Of a stretch of 37,715 nt of DNA, positions 8,964 through 16,789 are shown in pieces (the stretch's first letter is position 1; each line of letters starts with the position of its first letter). The stretch covers positions 32,626 to 70,340 of the forward strand of contig JBBIJB010000008.1 of assembly GCA_037446215.1 (NCBI GenBank), in the 5' to 3' direction. Source of the stretch: Armatimonadota bacterium (GTDB lineage Bacteria > Sysuimicrobiota > Sysuimicrobiia > Sysuimicrobiales > Humicultoraceae). A program made the translations under genes and the position numbers. The notes beneath the pieces were generated by a model. It was not told the DNA's origin, searched no databases, and was given only the letters and a program-made list of their open reading frames with translations.

Positions 8964-10682
8964 TCAATCCTCCATAAGGAGCAGCGCCGGCTCACGCGAC
9001 AGCTCCCGGATCGTCGCCCAGGCGGCTAGCGCCGACGCCACTACCGCACCGCCCAAGGCGAGTCCCGCCGGGGATCCGGCGGGCGCCGGAACGCCGGCGG
9101 CCCTCGGCGGGTGTACCGTGATCACGTCCGCCTCCTGCCCCTCTGGGATGCCGGCAAGCTCCCTGGCCCGCCTGACAGCGGAGGTGAAGTCGCCGAGCTC
9201 GTCCACCAGACCCCGCTCCGCGGCCTGGCGACCCGTCCAGATCCGCCCCCTGGCTACCGCCTCGACCTCCTCCTCGCTCTTGCCGCGGCCTGCCGCGACC
9301 TTGCCCACGAACGTGCGGTAGATCGCCGACATCCTGCGCCGGACCCCGTCGAGCTGATCAGGGGTGTAGGGCTCAAACGCGGACTCCAGGGTTGCGGCCT
9401 CACCCCTCGCCACGATCTCCCGGTTCAGACCGAGGCGCGCGAGCATCCCTCGCGCCGTCATCTTCCCGCCTATGACGCCTATCGATCCGGTGATCGTGGA
9501 GGGGTGCGCCACTATCCGGCTGGCTCCGCACGACACGTAGTAGCCGCCCGATCCGGCCACGTCCCCCATGAACGCCACGACCGGCTTCCTTGCCTTGAGC
9601 CTCTCCACCTCGCGCCAGATCAGGTCGCTCGCGAGCGCGGATCCGCCCGGGGAGTCGACGTGGAATACGATCGCGCGCACCCGCGGGCTCCGCTCCGCCG
9701 CCCGGAACGCCCTGGCCACCGTATCACAGCCGGCGTACCTGCTGCCGACCAGGGGCAGCGGCACCGGGAGCTCGCGGCTCTCGCCGGGCACGATCGTGCC
9801 GACGAGCTGGACCACGCCTATCGCGGGCCGGCGGCGCCTCCAGGCGTAGGGGAGAGGCAGCCTGCGGTGGGCCAGTGCCCAGGGCTTGACCGCGGCCGGG
9901 CGCTCCTCGGAGCCGAGACGCGCGGGGAGCTCGTCCTCGTAGCCGACCCCGTCTATCAACCCTGCCTCGCGCGCGGCCTCGGCCTCGAGCGGAGCCTGAT
10001 CGATCGCCGAGCGCAGTGCGCCCGGCTCAAGATTGCGGTCCTTCCCCACGTCGGCGGTGAACTCGGCGAGAACCGAGTCGAGCACCGACTCCAGGACCTC
10101 GCGGTGCTCTTTCGAGATGCCGGAGCGCATGAAGATGTCGGCCGCGGTCTTGTACTCCGCTATCCTCTCGTACTCGGGCACCACGCCGGCCCGGTCGAGC
10201 GCCCCGCGAAGGAACGTCACCTCGACGCGCAGTCCGAGCGCGTTCCAGTGGCCCGGAGCGGGCATCCAGATCTCGTCCGCGGCCGCGGCAAGGTAGTAGG
10301 TTGGCAGGTCGGCCTCGGGCAGGTAGGCGACAACCCGCTTCCCCTTCTCCCTCAGCCCCAGGACTGCGCCCCTCAGGCTCTGCACGGTTGCCGCGGTCGC
10401 GACCCCTCCGTCGATCCCCCTGATCCGCAGGACCACTCCCCGCACGTGCGCCGCGGCTCCGATCCTGTCCAGGCGACACCGGAGCGCCTCCAGGCTCTCC
10501 CCCGGCTTCTTCCACGGCGGTGCGACCATTCGCTGGAGCATCGGCGGCCTGGGCGGCTCCCTCTCCGGATACGATCCGGCCACCTCCACGACGACGTAAT
10601 CGACCCGGGGGTGCGGGATTCGGGCCAGCATGTTGTGGAGGAGACGCAGGCAGTTAGGCAGCAGGTCGAGAATCCACGTCAT
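8964..10682 (-). CDS. sppA: Signal peptide peptidase SppA (S49, long form)
   Basis: YKTA, DSPGGSALASD, AGSGGYY, TGSIGV, GRIWTGRQA motifs; start at ATG 10682 (MTWILD) avoids overlap with the divergent gene. Confidence 0.9.
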   Translation of the reverse strand: MTWILDLLPNCLRLLHNMLARIPHPRVDYVVVEVAGSYPEREPPRPPMLQRMVAPPWKKPGESLEALRCRLDRIGAAAHVRGVVLRIRGIDGGVATAATVQSLRGAVLGLREKGKRVVAYLPEADLPTYYLAAAADEIWMPAPGHWNALGLRVEVTFLRGALDRAGVVPEYERIAEYKTAADIFMRSGISKEHREVLESVLDSVLAEFTADVGKDRNLEPGALRSAIDQAPLEAEAAREAGLIDGVGYEDELPARLGSEERPAAVKPWALAHRRLPLPYAWRRRRPAIGVVQLVGTIVPGESRELPVPLPLVGSRYAGCDTVARAFRAAERSPRVRAIVFHVDSPGGSALASDLIWREVERLKARKPVVAFMGDVAGSGGYYVSCGASRIVAHPSTITGSIGVIGGKMTARGMLARLGLNREIVARGEAATLESAFEPYTPDQLDGVRRRMSAIYRTFVGKVAAGRGKSEEEVEAVARGRIWTGRQAAERGLVDELGDFTSAVRRARELAGIPEGQEADVITVHPPRAAGVPAPAGSPAGLALGGAVVASALAAWATIRELSREPALLLMED

Positions 10683-10750
10683 GGGGTCACCCCGGGCAGG
10701 AGGCGTCAGGAAACCACAACCACATACTACCACCGTGCGGAGGGCGGCAC
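10683..10750. promoter_or_regulatory. 68-bp divergent promoter region with overlapping -10 candidates
   Basis: CATACT at 10723-10728 (+) and TG-G-TAGTAT at 10732-10724 (-) in the only AT-richer patch. Confidence 0.4.
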
Positions 10751-12421
10751 ATGAGCACCAGATGGTGGGGTTGGGGAGATGCCTCAAGGAGCTATGATCT
10801 CTCGCGTCGTCCCGGCTTCTGGCCGTTCCTGGAGTCGAAGCTCGGACCGCTCCCCCTGGAGTCGGTCCCGCCCGTCCCGATCGAGTCGATACGGATTCGC
10901 CGGCACCGCGTGCCGGAAGGGCTGCTGGATGAGCTCGCCGCCCTGCTCGGGAGCGAGCGTGTCTCCACCGCGGACGAGGAGCGGATCGCCCACGCCTACG
11001 GCAAGGGCTATCTGGACCTGCTCCGCCTGAGGCGCGGCGAGGTCCCTTGCCCTCCCGATGCGGTGCTCTTCCCCTCCACCGCGGACGAGATAGCCGGCAT
11101 CCTCGCCCTTGCATCCCGCGGCGGGGTGAGCATCATCCCCTTCGGCGGCGGCACCGGGGTCGTCGGAGGCGTAGAGGTCATCGATGAGGGGGGCCCCACC
11201 CTCAGCCTCGACCTTGGGCGGATGAACAGGGTAGTTTCCGTGGACCCGGAGGCGCAGACCGTCACCGCGGAGGCCGGAGTCCTGGGGCCGGCGCTGGAGT
11301 TCGCCCTCAACGCCGCGGGCCTCACGCTGGGCCACTTCCCTCAGTCGTTCGAGTTCTCGACGCTAGGCGGGTGGATAGCCACCCGCTCCGCGGGGCACGC
11401 CTCGACCGGCTACGGCAAGATCGAGGAGATGGTGGTATCCCTCATCCTCGTGTCGCCCGCGGGCACCATCGCGACGCGTGAGGTTCCGGCGAGCGCCGCG
11501 GGGCCGGGCCTGAAGGAGCTTCTCATCGGCTCAGAAGGGACGCTGGGCGTAATCACCCAGGCCACGATGAGGACGCGCCCGCTCCCGGCCGCCAGCGACT
11601 ACCGTGCCTTCCTCTTCAGGAGCTTCGAGGAAGGGGTGGCCGCGGTCCGCGAGCTGATCCAGACAGGCCCCCTGCCCGCTACCGTGCGGCTCTCGGACGA
11701 GGAAGAGACCGAGGCCTCGGTGGCGATGCGCGAGCGCAGGGGAGAGCAGGCCTCAGGGCTCGGGGGACTGCTGGAGCGCGCCGGACTCGCCTACCTGCGC
11801 CACCGGGGATACGAGGCGCACAAGATGTGCGCGGGCATCCTCGGGTTCGAGGGCGGCGAAGGGATTGTCGCACAGTCGTGGTCGTCCGCTTCGGCGCTGC
11901 TGCGCAGGCGCGGCGGCTACCCGCTGGGGCCGGGCCCTGCCAGGGCTTGGCGGCGCGACTACTTCGAGCTCCCCTACCTACGCGATCTCCTCCTGGACCA
12001 CCGGATCATGGTGGATACGCTCGAGACCGCGGCCACCTGGGACCGGCTGGCCGGGCTGCGCGGTGCGGTCGCCGGTGCCCTCCGCGGGGAGATCGGAGGG
12101 GCAGAAGGATCGTCGGAGCCCGGGGGGCTCGTGGCCTGCCACGTCTCGCACGCGTACCCCGCCGGCGCCTCGCTCTACTGCACCTATGCCGCGCGGCAGT
12201 CGGGCGGTAGGGAGAGTGAGCAATGGCTGGCGGCCAAGCGCGCGGCCACGGCGGCGATCATGGCCGCCGGCGGCACGATCAGCCACCACCACGGCGTCGG
12301 CTCGGTCCACCGGGAGTGGATCGGCGAAGAGCACGGCGAGACCGGGGTCCGGGTGCTGCGGGCGGTGCGGGCCGCGCTGGACCCGGACGGCATCATGAAC
12401 CCCGGGAAGGTGCTAGGTTGA
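10751..12421 (+). CDS. FAD-binding oxidoreductase, alkyl-dihydroxyacetonephosphate synthase (AGPS)-like
   Basis: WWGWG N-terminus, PFGGGTGVVGG, GHFPQSFEFSTLGGWIATRSAG, GSEGTLG, DTLETA, CHVSH.Y..GASLY, ISHHHGVG motifs. Confidence 0.85.
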   Translation: MSTRWWGWGDASRSYDLSRRPGFWPFLESKLGPLPLESVPPVPIESIRIRRHRVPEGLLDELAALLGSERVSTADEERIAHAYGKGYLDLLRLRRGEVPCPPDAVLFPSTADEIAGILALASRGGVSIIPFGGGTGVVGGVEVIDEGGPTLSLDLGRMNRVVSVDPEAQTVTAEAGVLGPALEFALNAAGLTLGHFPQSFEFSTLGGWIATRSAGHASTGYGKIEEMVVSLILVSPAGTIATREVPASAAGPGLKELLIGSEGTLGVITQATMRTRPLPAASDYRAFLFRSFEEGVAAVRELIQTGPLPATVRLSDEEETEASVAMRERRGEQASGLGGLLERAGLAYLRHRGYEAHKMCAGILGFEGGEGIVAQSWSSASALLRRRGGYPLGPGPARAWRRDYFELPYLRDLLLDHRIMVDTLETAATWDRLAGLRGAVAGALRGEIGGAEGSSEPGGLVACHVSHAYPAGASLYCTYAARQSGGRESEQWLAAKRAATAAIMAAGGTISHHHGVGSVHREWIGEEHGETGVRVLRAVRAALDPDGIMNPGKVLG

Positions 12422-13968
12422 CTGCCCTGGAGTGCTCGGCCGCGACGAGGCGTGAAGGCCTGGAGCGGCTGGCCCGGGAGTCCTGGGACATCTTGGTGGT
12501 GGGCGGCGGAATCACCGGCGCCGGAATCGCGCGGGACGCCGTGTTGCGCGGATTGAAGACCGCCCTGGTCGAGCGGGAGGACTTCGCAAGCGGCACGAGC
12601 AGCAGCACCGGGCGGATGGTCCACGGCGGGTTCCGCTACCTAGAGAGCGGCCAGGTCAGGCTCGTGATGGAGTCGTTGGCGGAGAGGAACCTGCTGCGGC
12701 GCACCGCGCCGGGGCTCGTGTTCCCCCACCCGTTCCTCATCCCGGTCTACGGCTCATGGCTCGGGCTCGCCAGGATCGCCGCGGGCGTCGCGCTCTACCA
12801 GCTCCTCGCGCTTCGCAGGACCGCGGGAGCGGCAGGGGTCGTCCTTGGGAGGAGCGCGCTCGATCTGGAGCCCGCGCTGCGAGCCCGCGACCTGGCAGGG
12901 GGCGCGCTCTACTGGGACTGCCTGACCGACGACGCCCGCCTGGTCATCGCTGTCGTGCTCGACGCGCACAGGCGCGGGGCCGTGGTGGCCAACCACGCGC
13001 CGGTCGTGGGCCTGCTGCGGGCCGGAGGCCGCGTCGCCGGAGTGGCCCTGCGCGATGAGCTGACCGGGGTCACCTGCGAGGCGAGGGCCCGCGTGGTGGT
13101 CAACGCCACCGGGCCGTGGCTCGACCGTGTCGCGGCGATGGCAGGGACCCGCGAGCCCGTGCTGAGGCCGACCAGGGGGAGCCACATAGTGGTCCCGAGG
13201 GATCGCCCGGGTGCGCGTCGGGCCATCATATTCAAGTCACCGGCCGACAGGCGGTACCTCTACCTCGTTCCCTGGCAGCGCCAGGCCATAATCGGGACCA
13301 CGGAGACCGATTACGAGGGGGCGCCGGAGGAGGCGTACGCGACGCAGGAGGACGTGGCGTACCTGCTCGACGCGGCGGAAGGCGCCTTCGGGGCCTCTGC
13401 GCCGCGCTCCGGGGACGTTCTCAGCACCTTCGCGGGGGTGCGCCCTCTGGTGGATAGGCCCGGGGTCTCGGCCTACCGCCTCCCGCGCGACTACCACATA
13501 GGCGAGGGGCCGGACGGCCTGATCTCGGTCGCGGGCGGGAAGCTGACGACCTTCCGCCGCATGGCGGAGGAGGCGGTGGACGAAGCCTGCCGGCGGCTGG
13601 AGCGGCCCGCGGACGGGCGGCCCTGCCGGACGGCCGCCGAGCCGATCGTACCCCATCCCGAGCAGGAGGCCTCGGGCGACCTGGCGCGTCCGCTGATGCC
13701 CGGCCTTCCCTACCTGAGGGCCCAGGTCGTGGGCGCGGCTACCGCCGAGATGGCCGTCACGCTCTCGGACTGCCTGGTGCGCAGGCTCCGCCTGATCCAC
13801 GAGGCGCCGGACCAGGGGCTCGAGTGCGCGGAGGAGGCGGCCAGGCTGATGGCGCCTCGGCTCGGCTGGGGAGAGGACGAGGTCAGGGAGCAGATCGTGG
13901 GGTACGGGCGCGAGGTGGCGCGCACCCGGATGCATCGCGGCGGCGGCGACGTGCGTGCCGCGCGGTAA
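12418..13968 (+). CDS. glpD: Glycerol-3-phosphate dehydrogenase/oxidase-like flavoprotein
   Basis: VVGGGITGAG, DFASGTSS, HGG.RYL, DDARL, NATGPW, GTTETD, AGVRPL, GGKLTTFR motifs; TTG start overlaps the upstream TGA. Confidence 0.85.
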   Translation: MTALECSAATRREGLERLARESWDILVVGGGITGAGIARDAVLRGLKTALVEREDFASGTSSSTGRMVHGGFRYLESGQVRLVMESLAERNLLRRTAPGLVFPHPFLIPVYGSWLGLARIAAGVALYQLLALRRTAGAAGVVLGRSALDLEPALRARDLAGGALYWDCLTDDARLVIAVVLDAHRRGAVVANHAPVVGLLRAGGRVAGVALRDELTGVTCEARARVVVNATGPWLDRVAAMAGTREPVLRPTRGSHIVVPRDRPGARRAIIFKSPADRRYLYLVPWQRQAIIGTTETDYEGAPEEAYATQEDVAYLLDAAEGAFGASAPRSGDVLSTFAGVRPLVDRPGVSAYRLPRDYHIGEGPDGLISVAGGKLTTFRRMAEEAVDEACRRLERPADGRPCRTAAEPIVPHPEQEASGDLARPLMPGLPYLRAQVVGAATAEMAVTLSDCLVRRLRLIHEAPDQGLECAEEAARLMAPRLGWGEDEVREQIVGYGREVARTRMHRGGGDVRAAR

Positions 13969-13979
13969 GGGGGGCCGAG

Positions 13980-15962
13980 GTGGGCAGGGTGCTGAGCGAG
14001 GGGGAGAGACGCACGCTGCGGGTGCTCTGCGATGCGCTCGTGCCGAATGTGGGGTCCGCCGGGCACGAGTTCCTCGCTCGCCTGGCCTCTGACTGCGGCG
14101 TCCCTGAGTTGATCGAGGCGGGCCTGGCAGACGCACCCGCGCACCTGCGTGCGCAGTTTCGAAGGCTCCTCCGGGTCATGGACGGCCGCGCCGCAAACCT
14201 GCTCCTGACCGGACGACCGGTTCGCGTCTCGAGGATGGATGCCGAGCGGGCAGGACGCTATCTGAAGGGTTGGGGGCTCAGCCGCCTCGCGATCAAGCGC
14301 ACCGCCTTCCACGCCCTCAAGCAGGTGGTAGCATTCCTCTTCTACGCGGCCCACCCCCCGGGCGAGCCCAACCCGAGCTGGCCGGCGATCGGATTCGCCG
14401 GCACGCCCCCCCCTGGGCCGGCCGGCGCCCCGCGGGTGAGGGAGCGCATCCCCACGCTCCAGGTGACCTCCAATGCGCGGCTCGACGCGGACGCCTGCGT
14501 GATCGGATCGGGAGCGGGCGGCAGCGTCGCGGCGGCCGTGCTGAGCAGGGCGGGCCTCCGCGTGCTCCTGCTGGAGCAGGGGGGCTACTACGACCAGGCA
14601 GACTACAACGGCGACGAGTACGAGATGCTGCAGCGGCTCTCTCTGGGTAAGGGGCTGTTCGCCACCGCGGACAACGGGTTCGGGCTGCTGGCGTCGACCT
14701 GCCTGGGCGGGAGCACGATAGTAAACTGGTGCACCAGCCTGCGCCCGGCCAGGGACGTCAGGGAGGAGTGGGAGCGAGTCCACGGGATAGACGGCGTGGC
14801 CGGGGGAGAGTTCGAGGCGTCGCTCGAGGAGGTCGAGCGCAGGCTGAGCGTCACCACGCTGGAGAGCCGCCACAACCCGAACAACCAGGTCCTGGCGGAC
14901 GGCGCCGGGGCGCTCGGCTACCGGGTGGAGACGCTCCCGCGCAACGTGCGGGAGTGCGAGGAGTGCGGGCCGTGCGTCTACGGCTGCGCCCGCGGGTCCA
15001 AGCAGGACGCCCTGGCCACGTACATCCGAGATGCCTGCGGCGCGGGCGCGGAGGTCCTGGTCAGGTGCAGGGCCGAGCGGATCCTGGCACGGCGGGGAGA
15101 GGTCCGCGGCGTGGAGGCGGTCGCCACCGATGAGCTGGGGAGGCGCCACCCAGTCGAGATCCGATGCAAGAGGATCGTCGTGGCCGGGGGAGCGGTCTTC
15201 TCGCCCGCGCTCATGCTCCGCTCGGGACTGGGCAACCGGATGGTCGGCACCGGCCTTCGGATCCATCCGGTGACGGCGTGCCTCGGCATCTACGACCGGC
15301 CGATCGAGATATGGGCGGGGCGCTCGCAGACCGCGGTCTGCACCGAGTTCGCGCGGGTCGATGGAACGCACGGCTTCTGGATCGAGGCCTCCCCGGCCCA
15401 TCCCGGCCTCGCGGCCGCGGCCCTGCCCTGGTCCGACGGAGCCGGCCACAAGCTGCTGATGGCGCGGCTCGCGAACACCGCGGGCTCGATCGTGCTGGTG
15501 CGGGACCACGGCAGCGGGCGCGTCGGCGTGACAGCCGCGGGGAGCCCGGTCGTCAGCTACCCCCTCGATCCAAGGGATGCCTCGCTGATGGTGAAGGGCA
15601 TAGGCGAGATGGGAAAGATACACCTGGCAGCGGGCGCGAGCGAGGTGCTGAGCCTGCACACCCGTACCGTGCGGGTCGGGAGGGACGAGCCGGACGCCGC
15701 CCGGCGCTTCGCGCAGGGCGTGGAGAGGGAGGGCATCAGGCCCGGGGCGCTCGCGCTGTTCAGCGCGCACCTGATGGGAGGCCTTCCGATGGGTGCATCC
15801 TCGCGCCGCGCGGCGGTCGATCCCTCGGGGCAGGTCTACGGGGTGCGCAACCTGTACGTATGCGACGGCAGCGTCTTTCCCTCGGCGCCGGCGGTGAACC
15901 CGATGATCACGATCATGGCGATGGCCCACAGGGTCGCGCTGCGGATCGCGCGCTCCGCCTAG
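13980..15962 (+). CDS. GMC oxidoreductase, long-chain fatty alcohol oxidase-like
   Basis: About 160-aa N-terminal extension, then VIGSGAGG, LGGSTIVNW, CxxCGxCxxGC, SAHLMG and DGSVFPSAPAVNP; GTG start at 13980. Confidence 0.82.
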   Translation: MGRVLSEGERRTLRVLCDALVPNVGSAGHEFLARLASDCGVPELIEAGLADAPAHLRAQFRRLLRVMDGRAANLLLTGRPVRVSRMDAERAGRYLKGWGLSRLAIKRTAFHALKQVVAFLFYAAHPPGEPNPSWPAIGFAGTPPPGPAGAPRVRERIPTLQVTSNARLDADACVIGSGAGGSVAAAVLSRAGLRVLLLEQGGYYDQADYNGDEYEMLQRLSLGKGLFATADNGFGLLASTCLGGSTIVNWCTSLRPARDVREEWERVHGIDGVAGGEFEASLEEVERRLSVTTLESRHNPNNQVLADGAGALGYRVETLPRNVRECEECGPCVYGCARGSKQDALATYIRDACGAGAEVLVRCRAERILARRGEVRGVEAVATDELGRRHPVEIRCKRIVVAGGAVFSPALMLRSGLGNRMVGTGLRIHPVTACLGIYDRPIEIWAGRSQTAVCTEFARVDGTHGFWIEASPAHPGLAAAALPWSDGAGHKLLMARLANTAGSIVLVRDHGSGRVGVTAAGSPVVSYPLDPRDASLMVKGIGEMGKIHLAAGASEVLSLHTRTVRVGRDEPDAARRFAQGVEREGIRPGALALFSAHLMGGLPMGASSRRAAVDPSGQVYGVRNLYVCDGSVFPSAPAVNPMITIMAMAHRVALRIARSA

Positions 15963-15976
15963 CAGGGGCCAACGGT

Positions 15977-16354
15977 TCAGTCGTAGCCGAGCTCGGCCAG
16001 CCGGTCCTCGTCGATGCCGAAGTAGTGGGCGATCTCGTGGACCACCGTCCTGCGTATCTCCTCGCGGACATCGTCCTCGCCCGAGAACTCCTCCTCGAGG
16101 GGCCCCTGGAAGATCGTTATCACGTCGGGAAGCGTGTAGGGGAGGAGCGGGCTGCGATCAGGCAGGGGCGTCCCCTGGTAGAGCCCGAACAGCAGATCCT
16201 CCGGGCCGAGCCCGGCGTCGGCGAGTTGGTCGTCGGTGGGCCAGTCGTCCACGATGACCTCGATGTTGTCGAGGGCGCGGCGCAGATCCGGAGGGATCGC
16301 GCGCAGCGCCTCGGCGACGAGCTGCTCGAACCGCTTGCGGCCAAGTCGTGCCAT
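15977..16354 (-). CDS. Zincin-like small metallopeptidase family protein
   Basis: LFGLYQG, PDVITIF, TVVHEIAHYFG (HExxH); 125 aa from ATG 16354. Confidence 0.88.
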   Translation of the reverse strand: MARLGRKRFEQLVAEALRAIPPDLRRALDNIEVIVDDWPTDDQLADAGLGPEDLLFGLYQGTPLPDRSPLLPYTLPDVITIFQGPLEEEFSGEDDVREEIRRTVVHEIAHYFGIDEDRLAELGYD

Positions 16355-16465
16355 GGCGACAACCAGCATAGCACGAGGGGGCGCGCAAACGGCGTCCGGG
16401 AATACCTCGGACGAAGCCGCTGTTGTACAATGAGCGCCGTAGCACACAATTCGGAGAGACGTGGG
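16355..16465. promoter_or_regulatory. Divergent promoter region with two -10 candidates
   Basis: TG-C-TATGCT (minus, 16373-16365) 10 nt upstream of the zincin ATG; TACAAT (+, 16426-16431) upstream of the fmdB-like gene. Confidence 0.45.
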
Positions 16466-16669
16466 ATGCCGATCTACGAGTACATCTGCAGCGAGTGCGA
16501 GGAGCGGTTCGAGCAGTTCATCTGGAGCAGCGCCGACGCCGGCGAAGTCCGCTGCCCGTCGTGCGGCGCCGGCGGCCCCCGCAAGGTGATGTCCACCTTC
16601 GGCGTCGGGAGGTCGTTGGGTGCCACCGCCTCCTGTCCCAGCGCGGCCACGTGCGGGACGGGCGGCTGA
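16466..16669 (+). CDS. FmdB-family zinc ribbon protein
   Basis: MPIYEYICSEC...CPSCG...KVMSTF with a Cys-containing tail; GGAGAG SD. Confidence 0.88.
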   Translation: MPIYEYICSECEERFEQFIWSSADAGEVRCPSCGAGGPRKVMSTFGVGRSLGATASCPSAATCGTGG

Positions 16670-16680
16670 CCGCTCAAGTA

Positions 16681-16699
16681 GGGCGGCCGTGCGCCGCCC
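16681..16699. terminator. GC hairpin between convergent genes (possible terminator, no U-tract)
   Basis: GGGCGGC-cgtgc-GCCGCCC perfect 7-bp stem 12 nt after the fmdB-like stop. Confidence 0.35.
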
Positions 16700-16789
16700 G
16701 GATCCCAGGGAGCATCCAGCATGAGCAGCCGGTGGCAGAGCGTGCGGGCGGCCTCGAAGCGTCACATCGGGCTGATCAGCTAGGTGGCC

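Noticed and set aside
15164..16669. 501-aa ORF ending in a zinc ribbon
   Set aside because: Only the last 67 aa (from ATG 16466, with its own SD) are a real FmdB-type protein. The rest is off-frame GMC and antisense zincin sequence.
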